Below, piece by piece: positions 9,699 through 18,101 of a stretch of DNA of 64,000 nucleotides. The notes beneath the pieces are model-generated. The model did no database searches, was not told the origin of the DNA, and saw nothing but the letters and a program-made list of their open reading frames with translations. The first letter of the stretch is position 1. Each line of letters opens with the position of its first letter. The stretch is from Candidatus Latescibacterota bacterium (lineage in GTDB: Bacteria; Latescibacterota; UBA2968), in contig OZ242195.1 in the NCBI GenBank assembly GCA_965205975.1, positions 1,568,001 to 1,632,000 on the forward strand, read 5' to 3'. Position numbers and translations under genes: made by a program.

Positions 9699-9809
9699 TC
9701 ACGGTGCTCTGGAACCAGGCCGTTCACGAGACGGATGCTGTCCCCGGTAGGGATGTGGAGCCACCGCCATCGTCCGTGCAACCCGAAAACCGATATAATT
9801 CCGCCGCCA
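9699..9809 (-). pseudogene. 3' relic of an FGE/SUMF1-domain gene
   Basis: Translates WRRNYIGFRVARTM...*; shares TTTCGGGTTGCAC with the end of the FGE gene at 2611. Confidence 0.55.
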
Positions 9810-9811
9810 AG

Positions 9812-9990
9812 TAGCGGTAGATCATGACATTCCAAGTTTACTAATGGTAGCGAGATCTCCGTTCCACGGTCTTCTACCAATTGTACCCAGGGAGATGTAT
9901 CAGGTTGCTTTTGAGTACCCCACAGGACATGGTATTCTGTTAGTGCATTGGTCAGGCCTTCCGTTCTCAGACAACGGCTTTGCCAACGGG
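9812..9990 (-). pseudogene. Csx19-like fragment (type III-D CRISPR-Cas)
   Basis: Translates WQSRCLRTEG...EYHVLWGTQ...LVEDRGTEISLP; lies after the RAMP fragments. Confidence 0.55.
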
Positions 9991-10990
9991 ATGTTCAGGA
10001 GGAGATTGGGCTTTTTTCACACAACATTCGAGGAATGAGGCATCACCACTACACCCGACAAGAGTCATACCGCTATTATACTGCGAAAACTCCCACTCAG
10101 TCTTTGACGATTTGCGCCGCTTCAATTGCAACTCAGCTTTGACACCCTGGAGAGTTCCACGACCATTGCTCGTTTCTCCGCCCAGAGCAGCATGCCCATG
10201 CCAGAAGTCGCGCAAAGTCAAGAACAACAAGCCATTGTGTTCTAATTGCAAGAGACGTTCCTGATCAAGTGTTTTTTCAGCCTTAAACACAAAAACACTA
10301 CCAGAGGCGATAGCGGGCCATTGCTGACGCGGGAGGCGCAGGTGGGAATTATATCCGCCAATTATCTCAGTGCGGGTATAGCTACTGCATAGTTTGAGTT
10401 CCGAGGTCTTCAGCCCCAGATTGTCAGCCAACTTACGCTCGGGAAAACACGCCTCCGGGTGTCCGTAATCGTTGACAGTCAGCAAAATTGAGTAGCGCAT
10501 TGCCAGGAGGCTCAAAGAACCTTACTCGCGCTTGAAATACCAGATCTGCTTTCAAGGTACGGGTGAGACGGAGTGTATTCTCAAGTGCTGCGCCTGTCCT
10601 GCGGTCAATAGCGGTCTGGGCACGCACGGAGGCAAAATGCTCCACAACATCGTCTGGGGAAAGTTTTTTATGGTGCTGTAAATATCTCAACCATTCTCTT
10701 AAAGACGACGCCTCTTGTAATTCAGCATTGGCAATATATAGACAAGCATCCCCTTGTCCTGAATTACCGAAAATATGCTCCACTGGCATAGGGAATTCAC
10801 CGCATAACTTCCACGCATCGGCAACATCGCGATAGGCTTCGCGCCATAACCCTTTGATTCGCCTGCCAGGGAGAATGGGTAATCCTAAGTCGTCAAAGGC
10901 TATATCGCGATCAACCACGCCCACACGCCCTTCACCAGCGGCAGAGGTTAGCGGCGATTGCAGTGTGATTTGCAAAAAATACTCAGTCAT
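9967..10990 (-). pseudogene. Collapsed type III-D RAMP genes (Csx10 N-terminal and middle fragments joined to a Csm3/Cas7-like C-terminus)
   Basis: GLPILPGRRIKGLWREA, TAIDRRTGAA, GGYN..LRLPRQ...AIASGSVFVF, G-rich loop LGGETSNGRG; frameshift near 10490. Confidence 0.8.
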
Positions 10991-11042
10991 TCTTGATCTC
11001 CTTCCCTGTACTCTCGCCATCTTTTACTGGTTTCTTCACTTC

Positions 11043-11209
11043 TAAAAGGAAGCGCGGTTGGCTATCTTCTCCTACATTGAAGGATGGTATAATCCGCATC
11101 GCAGGCATTCTTCCATCGCCTACTATGCGCCGATAGCTTATGAAAAGTTGCATCTATCACAGGCTTGATACACAAGCCCTAAACTCTCCACCGAAGCGGG
11201 GTAACTCCA
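11043..11209 (+). mobile_element. IS3-family right-end remnant
   Basis: Translates EARLAIFSYIEGWYNPHRRHSSIAYYAPIAYE*, followed by an IR-like end ...CTCTCCACCGAAGCGGGGTAACTCCA. Confidence 0.8.
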
Positions 11210-11961
11210 CCCATCAAGGATGTGTTATCCTGGAGCCACAAAACCTCAAGATTGGAGAGTTTACCCAATGCTGCTGGAATCGCACCCTCCAACTGATTGC
11301 TACTGAGGTCCAGGTAAGTGAGACTGGGAAGGCTGAACAATTCGGAAGGAATTGTCATCAGTTGATTATCTCTCATATAGAGCCTGCTGAGCACGGTCAG
11401 ATCATCAAAGAGGCCATCGGGCAGACTACTGAGTCGATTCTCTTGCAGGTTGAGCTTTGTCAGACAAGTCAGACCAGATAAATCCCCTGCCTTCAGTTCT
11501 GTGAGACGTGCATCAGATAGACTCAGAGAATCTATGGCTGATAGATGTGCCACTGTCACATCGCCGCAAGTGCTTACAGGCACTTGTGCCATAATCGAGT
11601 CGCGTACGGCAACTGTGCGGTCGCATACCGATACGCCTGGTGGAGGGACTTCTGTGCCAAATGAATCCACAAATACCAAAAAATCTGAAAATTCAATCAC
11701 ACCATTGCCATCCAGATCATATTGGGCTTGATATGTCTCATCGCCTTGACGCGCTCCAAACTTCTCCACAAACGCCAAAAAGTCGGAAAAACCTACGAGA
11801 CCATCTCCATCAAAGTCCGCAGAACGTGTCGTGTTCGCAGAGGCATAACCCATACATACCAATACCGCTAAAGCGGTCATAAGCACCCATCTCCTTCTCA
11901 TACTATTACACCCTCCTTCAATAAATGTGACCCAAATGGGGTCAAGGCCGATCAAAAACAT
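11179..11961 (-). pseudogene. Secreted dockerin/EF-hand-like + LRR protein truncated by the IS3 end
   Basis: Signal peptide from MRRRW (likely true start), DFDGDGLVGFSDF / DLDGNGVIEFSDF pair, LRRs; last codons read into the IS3 IR. Confidence 0.75.
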
Positions 11962-12187
11962 TTCTACTCCTTTAGCACCAAGTAGAACAATGCAACTTGA
12001 TTTTATGCTTGCGGGTCAAGTCCACACCAATCACACCATTTTCATCCGTCCTGATTAGGAGAGGACAACCCGAAGGGAGTTCGCTGATGGTCATCACTCA
12101 TCAGCCGAAATTAAAGGTTGCCCTCCCATTTTCTTGAGTCTTGTATCCAGATTTCGGTTATGATGATGGCATTAGGACAGTATTTAA

Positions 12188-12203
12188 TGCAAAAAGCGTG
12201 CCA
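12188..12203 (-). promoter_or_regulatory. sigma54 -24/-12 promoter
   Basis: TGGCACGCTTTTTGCA; IHF-like TAAAGGGTTGTTT at 12234-12246. Confidence 0.85.
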
Positions 12204-12315
12204 ATGCGAGCGTTGTTCCGAAGAGCTTATTCGTAAAGGGTTGTTTTCTATAAAGAAAAAGAGCCAATCTGACTATATCATAGCGTCGCAGAATAGTCGG
12301 ATTGGCTCTTATACA

Positions 12316-12370
12316 AGACCTTATATGGTCTTATAAAGACGTATTATAGTTTTTAGACCATAATACGTCT
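12316..12370. promoter_or_regulatory. AGAC-N8-GTCT palindromes, candidate enhancer for bEBP1
   Basis: AGACCTTATATGGTCT, AGACGTATTATAGTTT, AGACCATAATACGTCT. Confidence 0.6.
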
Positions 12371-12480
12371 CCGTTGTTATTTCTGTTTTCAAGTGTGAAA
12401 TTTAATATTATGTTTCTTTTTCAAGTGTGAAATTCAATGTATAAACCCGTTTTTTTTACCCATATCACAAGGTTCTTCCT

Positions 12481-15400
12481 ATGACCAAACCACTTGACCG
12501 CACGGGTACCTATCGGACTTATTCTGTGACCAATGGCCTGGCCGGAATGCGTATTGAACACATTGCCGAAGATAGCGAGGGGTGTATCTGGTTCGCCACC
12601 TGGGACAATGGCGTTAGTCGCTTTGATGGAAATGAATTCCAGAATTTTACCAAACAGGACGGTCTTATTGATGATCGTACTTATTTTGTTGCACAAGACA
12701 GTCAGAATCGAATGTGGTTCGGGACAGCAAATGGCGTCTGCTGGTACGACGGAGCTAGATTTCACCATTTGGATGACGATGGCATTGTAGACCGAGACGT
12801 GCGGTGCATCTACGAAGACAGGGAAGGCCGTGTATGGTTCGGTGGTACCCGTACTCTGGGGTATTGCGATGGCACTGCTTTCCACGACATGATTCCGCTC
12901 TACCTTCAGCACCACGAAAAGCCACCTTCTCCGAGGTGGAATCAGTGTTGGGGTATTACTCAGGATCCGCAAGGTCAGATGTGGTTTGGCTTCAACTACC
13001 TCATCCGCTTCGATGGTCAATCCTTCCACCGCTATGATAAGAGAGACGGTTTTATCCAAGATGGAACCGCCTATGCCTTAGATAAAGACCATACCGGCAA
13101 AGTGTGGATCGGTCGTTTCGATAAACGAGATGAACTCTGGTGCTATGCCGATGGCACCTTCCAGTCTATTCAGGTGGATTTAGGTGGCGCACTGCGCAAA
13201 ATACAGTGTGACCGAGAAGGGCGGATGTGGTTTAGCACTTCGGAAGGGGCATGGTATCAGGACGGTGATGGGTTCAGCAGATTTACCCCTGCCGATGGCT
13301 TGCCCCAATCCGCAGTCAAAGCCGTGTTCCAGGATCGCGATCATCAGTTCTGGTTTGCCACCTGGAGCGGCGTCGGTCTTTACGATGCACACAGTATCAG
13401 TGTATTTGACCTCAATAAGGCTTCTCCCAAAGACAAAAAGCCGAACGAGGTCTCGCAGATCGTACAAGACCGGCAAGGGGATATATGGATCGGACGTGTG
13501 TCTCCTGTTTTCAACTATTTGGACAAAAGCGTTTTTCGCTTCGATGGCGAGCACTTTGCAGTTTTAGACTCCGAGCAAGATTTTGATATCGATAACTGTT
13601 TCTCTATGTACAAGGATCACGAGGGGTATCTGTGGTTTGGCGGTCTCAACGGCCTGTTCCGCTACGATGGGCAGAAGCTGAAAAAGATGAAAATAGCCGC
13701 GGGTTTAGGCGACAGGAGTATCAGTGCAATTACCCAGGATTCGCAAGGTCAATTCCTTTTTGGCTATTGGGAAAAGGGCACCTATAAAACCGAATTTAAA
13801 AAAGAAGTACTTTCGGCCAGTCCATTAAAGATCATTTACCAGCGGGACGAGCAGTTCCAAACCATTTTTGTGCAGAAAAAAAACAAAGATGTATTAGACC
13901 GTATTGGCACTATAATTGCCGGTCGCAACAGCGAGGTCTATTTTCATTTGGCCTGCCACACTGGCGGCTGGGGCCTGGCGCGGTGGCATCCCGAGGATGG
14001 TCTCAAATTTTATGGGATTGAAGATGGACTGATCGACGACAGAGTCACAGATCTTTTGGAAGACCGCGATGGCAACCTGTGGATCGCTACTCTAAGTGGT
14101 CTTTGTCGCTTTGATGGCAGCACCTTCCAGATCTTCACGACGGAAGACGGGTTGCCGAGCAACCGCATCCGTTGCGTGTTTGAGGATCGAAAAGGCCATC
14201 TATGGCTCGGTACAGACCAGGGTGTGGCGCACTGCGATGGTCAGCTTTTCCAGACCATCAACTCACCGCATATAGGACCGGTTTGTCGGATACTCGAAGA
14301 TCGAGATGGAACGTTCTATTTTGGCACTATTATGGGTTCTATCATACGCTACCGTCTGCGGCAAACTGCGCCTCGGATTCGCTTGCTTCAGGTGATTGCC
14401 GATAAGGTCTATGAGAACTCGGAGGAAGCCATCGTATCGAAGACAGGCCAGCAGGTGATTTTCGAGTACAAGGGCCTGAGTTTTTCCACCCATCCCAGCG
14501 ACATGCTCTATGTCTATCGCTTGAAAGGCTATGACGCCGACTGGCAACCAGCAACTCGAAGGATGCGAGCCTTTTACCGGAACTTGCCACCGGGCGATTA
14601 CACCTTTCAGGTCAGAGCGATAGATCGCGATCTGAATTACTCAGAGATAGCGCAAGCGCGACTCTCGATCACAGAAGACCCGCGTATCGAAGCATGGACC
14701 GACGTCATCAACCGTCGAGAAAGCCAGAAGTTTATCGGGCATAGCGCGGCTCTGCGCCAATTTCAGATCAATCTTGAAAAAATAGCATCTACCAATATGA
14801 CCGTGCTGATTATGGGTGAGACAGGGGTGGGTAAGGGATTGGCTGCTCGGACACTACACGCGCTGAGTGCCCATAACACTGGGCCTTTGATAGAGGTGAG
14901 TTGCGGTGCATTGCCCGGGACATTGATCGATAGTGAGTTGTTTGGTCACGAGAGAGGGGCTTTTACTGGCGCAGTTTTCCACAGATTGGGCAGGGTGGAA
15001 CTGGCAGAAGGTGGCACACTCTTTCTGGATGAGATCGGCGATATGGCGCTGGAAACGCAGTCCAAGCTGTTGCGCTTGCTGGAAGAAGGCACGTTTGAGC
15101 GGATTGGGAGCAGTGAGACGCGGATGGCAAAGACGCGGATTGTGGCCGCGACGAATCGCAATCTTGAGGAGATGGTCAGCAGGGGTGATTTTAGGGAGGA
15201 TCTCTATTACCGCCTCAATGCCTTTCCGATGTATTTGCCGCCGCTACGCGAGCGCAAGGAGGATATACCACACCTATCCGAGTATTTCAAGGATCGCATG
15301 GCATCACATTTAGGCAAGCAAATTATCCCCTTGGCGCCAGAAATTATCGAGGTGTTGCAAAGCTACGATTGGCCGGGCAATGTGCGGGAATTAGAGCATA

Positions 15401-15702
15401 CCATACAGCGGGCAGTGGTTTTGTGTACTGACTCTCAAATCGTAAAGAGGGATCTGGGACTGTATGGTTCTCGAATCGAAGATACAACTCAGGACCTTGA
15501 GAGGCGCACCTTATCGACTTCTCAAAACCGAGAAGTCGTGCCTTTGGCAGAATTGGAGCGGCGCCACATCCTCGATGTGCTCGAAGCCGCCAACTATCAG
15601 ATAAAGGGACCCGAGGGCGCGGCAACGCTGCTGAAAGTACCGCCTTCTACGCTGTATGGAAAAATGCAAAGACTGGGCATTGAAATAAAACGCGGTGTTT
15701 GA
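12481..15702 (+). CDS. sigma54 bEBP 1: beta-propeller (Reg_prop) + Y_Y_Y + AAA+ + Fis-type HTH
   Basis: Repeated ED..G.LW..T..G..RFDG, YRLKGYD...[43 protein letters not shown]-terminal HTH. Confidence 0.95.
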   Translation: MTKPLDRTGTYRTYSVTNGLAGMRIEHIAEDSEGCIWFATWDNGVSRFDGNEFQNFTKQDGLIDDRTYFVAQDSQNRMWFGTANGVCWYDGARFHHLDDDGIVDRDVRCIYEDREGRVWFGGTRTLGYCDGTAFHDMIPLYLQHHEKPPSPRWNQCWGITQDPQGQMWFGFNYLIRFDGQSFHRYDKRDGFIQDGTAYALDKDHTGKVWIGRFDKRDELWCYADGTFQSIQVDLGGALRKIQCDREGRMWFSTSEGAWYQDGDGFSRFTPADGLPQSAVKAVFQDRDHQFWFATWSGVGLYDAHSISVFDLNKASPKDKKPNEVSQIVQDRQGDIWIGRVSPVFNYLDKSVFRFDGEHFAVLDSEQDFDIDNCFSMYKDHEGYLWFGGLNGLFRYDGQKLKKMKIAAGLGDRSISAITQDSQGQFLFGYWEKGTYKTEFKKEVLSASPLKIIYQRDEQFQTIFVQKKNKDVLDRIGTIIAGRNSEVYFHLACHTGGWGLARWHPEDGLKFYGIEDGLIDDRVTDLLEDRDGNLWIATLSGLCRFDGSTFQIFTTEDGLPSNRIRCVFEDRKGHLWLGTDQGVAHCDGQLFQTINSPHIGPVCRILEDRDGTFYFGTIMGSIIRYRLRQTAPRIRLLQVIADKVYENSEEAIVSKTGQQVIFEYKGLSFSTHPSDMLYVYRLKGYDADWQPATRRMRAFYRNLPPGDYTFQVRAIDRDLNYSEIAQARLSITEDPRIEAWTDVINRRESQKFIGHSAALRQFQINLEKIASTNMTVLIMGETGVGKGLAARTLHALSAHNTGPLIEVSCGALPGTLIDSELFGHERGAFTGAVFHRLGRVELAEGGTLFLDEIGDMALETQSKLLRLLEEGTFERIGSSETRMAKTRIVAATNRNLEEMVSRGDFREDLYYRLNAFPMYLPPLRERKEDIPHLSEYFKDRMASHLGKQIIPLAPEIIEVLQSYDWPGNVRELEHTIQRAVVLCTDSQIVKRDLGLYGSRIEDTTQDLERRTLSTSQNREVVPLAELERRHILDVLEAANYQIKGPEGAATLLKVPPSTLYGKMQRLGIEIKRGV

Positions 15703-15721
15703 AATAGCCCACGCTTGTATA

Positions 15722-16063
15722 TCACCCGGCGGATTTGTAGAGGGTGCGTCCAAGTTTGAAAATTTCCTCGAGAAAGGGATCAAAGTTTTGCAGATGGGTT
15801 TGAATTTCTTCAGGTGTACGCACGACAATATCCATCGCAACATATTTGGGACGACAAATGCGAGCAATTGCGGCACTTCGCGCTGTTGGACGCAAATCTG
15901 TATCCATAATGACGAGCAAATCTAAATCGCTATCGGTCTTTGGCTCGCCATAAGCATAAGAGCCAAAGAGGATGATCTGATCTGGTGGATGAAAGTGTTC
16001 AACAATTTTATTTGCGATCTCATCCAAAAGCGATTCTGTTATTTTTTGTTCTTTTACATTCAT
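15722..16063 (-). CDS. Minimal nucleotidyltransferase (MNT antitoxin-like)
   Basis: LFGSYAYGEPKTDSDLDLLVI. Confidence 0.88.
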   Translation of the reverse strand: MNVKEQKITESLLDEIANKIVEHFHPPDQIILFGSYAYGEPKTDSDLDLLVIMDTDLRPTARSAAIARICRPKYVAMDIVVRTPEEIQTHLQNFDPFLEEIFKLGRTLYKSAG

Positions 16064-16115
16064 CTAAGCATTTCCTACTTTTGGCTAAAGATTTCGCCCT
16101 ACCCCGTACGTTCAG

Positions 16116-17551
16116 CGGTGTTGTCCTTATATTAGTTGAAATAGTAGAGGCTCCAATGTAAATTGGAGACAGCAGATTCAAACCGTGAAAACGCTGTGTC
16201 CACAACCAAAGGAGCCCGTGATGAAAAAAGTATCGCACAAAGCCCCCAAAGTCAAGGCAATCCACAAAGGCGATGCAACGTTTGATACACCCGTTGAAGA
16301 GGAACTGGGCGCACTGGATACCCGCATCGCGCTGATCCAGGCCTTGATCCCATTAGGATTAGACGCCGTGGCAGAAGAATTGCAGGAGGAAGTGAGCCGC
16401 TTGGCCGGGGACAGATACAGTCGCAAAGACACCGAAAACCCCAATCGTCGGTGGGGCAGTCAACAAGGGTCTGTGTATCTGGCCGATCAAAAAGTGCCGA
16501 TCTCTGTACCGAGGGTACGTAATGTGGAGAGGGATGAGGAAGTCTGCCTTGAGACCTATCATCACCTCCAAGTTCCCAGACGTATGGATGAAGGGCTGCT
16601 CCTTCGCGTGATCAAAGGCATTGCGACTCGGTCTTATCAAGCCTGCGCTGAGGCGATCCCGAAAGCCTTTGGGCTGTCCTCATCAACGGTATCGAGACGT
16701 TTTATCAAGGCGTCGGCACAAAAGCTGAAGCAGTTCCGTGAACGCTCTCTATCGCAGTATGACTTGGTTGCCCTCTTTATAGATGGCAAGACCTTTGCAG
16801 ACCAAGAGATGATCATTGCTCTGGGCGTGACGATAGAAGGGCACAAAATCCCAATAGGCTTTGTCCAGGCTGCCACTGAGAACGAACGCGTCTGTCGGCA
16901 GTTTATACAGTCTCTCATCAATCGTGGCTTGGTCTATCACAAGGGCCTGCTGTGTCTTATTGACGGCTCAAAAGGCTTGTATGCTGCCCTTACAAAGGCA
17001 TTGGACGGTTACGTGGTCATCCAACGTTGTCAGTGGCACAAGAGAGAGAACGTGCTTTCCTATCTGCCTAAAAATAAACAGGATCAGATCAAAAAGGCCC
17101 TACAAAATGCCTACGACCAGCCCACCTACAAAGATGCTAAAATGGCACTCTTATCCCTCAAAGCGGAATTGGCCTTGATCAACGAAGACGCGCTCTCCAG
17201 CCTTGAAGAAGGAATAGAAGAAACCCTTTCCTTGCATCGCCTCGGACTGATGCCGCACTTGAAGCAGTCCTTTCGTACGACAAACTGCATTGAGTCCATA
17301 AACTCAATGGTCGCACAAATCACACGAAATGTGAAGAGATGGACAAACTCGAATCAACGCAGGAGATGGTTAGCCACCGCTCTGCTGGACATTGAACCCC
17401 GATTGCGAAGGGTCAAAGGTTACAAAAGCCTACCCAGGCTCAGGCGCGCACTGCACAAGCACTTGAAACTCGATACAGACTGGCAAGACGCAATTGCTGC
17501 GGATTGAAAACACCGGCCTCAATTATTTCAACTAAATATAGGACTTGACCC
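16116..17551 (+). mobile_element. IS256-family insertion sequence
   Basis: Imperfect ~36-bp terminal IRs (core TTAGTTGAAATA.T.GAGGC) around the transposase; no target duplication seen. Confidence 0.85.
16185..17507 (+). CDS. IS256/mutator-family DDE transposase
   Basis: FIDGK, LIDGSKGL, QRCQWHKRENV, RTTNCIESINS. Confidence 0.92.
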   Translation: MKTLCPQPKEPVMKKVSHKAPKVKAIHKGDATFDTPVEEELGALDTRIALIQALIPLGLDAVAEELQEEVSRLAGDRYSRKDTENPNRRWGSQQGSVYLADQKVPISVPRVRNVERDEEVCLETYHHLQVPRRMDEGLLLRVIKGIATRSYQACAEAIPKAFGLSSSTVSRRFIKASAQKLKQFRERSLSQYDLVALFIDGKTFADQEMIIALGVTIEGHKIPIGFVQAATENERVCRQFIQSLINRGLVYHKGLLCLIDGSKGLYAALTKALDGYVVIQRCQWHKRENVLSYLPKNKQDQIKKALQNAYDQPTYKDAKMALLSLKAELALINEDALSSLEEGIEETLSLHRLGLMPHLKQSFRTTNCIESINSMVAQITRNVKRWTNSNQRRRWLATALLDIEPRLRRVKGYKSLPRLRRALHKHLKLDTDWQDAIAAD

Positions 17552-17877
17552 ACTCTATCTGTTGCAGTTGTATTGTCGTCATCTACGACGGTTAGACGAA
17601 ACACCAACACCTGGTATCCTTTGACTTTGGGTGCTACAAAAGATGCAGATGCCTGATTCGCGTTTGAGATCGACACAGAAGGACCCTCAACCTGTTCCCA
17701 ACGATAGGCCTGAATCGTGCCGTCCGGATCCGATGCACTGCCGCGGAGCCTCACTTTATCGCCTGCGGCAACCATCAGATCGGGGCCGCTGGCTTTTACA
17801 TTGGGCAACTGGTTTAACTCACAGCCTGCGAACAGGGCAACCGTCGCAATCAACATGAACATGTTGTTGTGTCTCAT
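17552..17877 (-). pseudogene. PKD-domain lipoprotein truncated by IS256
   Basis: Lipobox LFAGC; ASDPDGTIQAYRWEQVEG...FRLTVVDDD; frame runs into the IS end after ...TATDRV. Confidence 0.75.
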
Positions 17878-18101
17878 TTTACTCCCTCCCCTGAGAGAGG
17901 TGTTCCAAGCCGTTATACTCGTATTCTCTAATCGGAGTGATGTAAAAGTGTGCCGATAGGGGTAAGCAAGCGGTCCATATAACTTGATACCCCTATCAGC
18001 TTACGCCGGGAAAAGGTATTATGGGAGGACCAAAACCCGGCGTGTGCTTGCGTGATAGAGCTGCATTATCGCAACCCTGCACGTTATTTCAACAGCCGCC
18101 G

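Noticed and set aside
12070..12110. Hammerhead ribozyme (CTGATGAG...CGAA on the minus strand; also CTGATGAG near 7305)
   Set aside because: GAAA core and stem I pairing are missing; GCTGATG pairs better with CATCAGC as a plain hairpin
16105..17562. IS256 target-site duplication
   Set aside because: Flanks CGTACGTTCAG and ACTCTATCTG do not match, suggesting an adjacent deletion
17941..17956. Sixth sigma54 promoter before the PKD lipoprotein
   Set aside because: CGGCACACTTTTACA lacks the -12 GC at the required spacing; at best a decayed box
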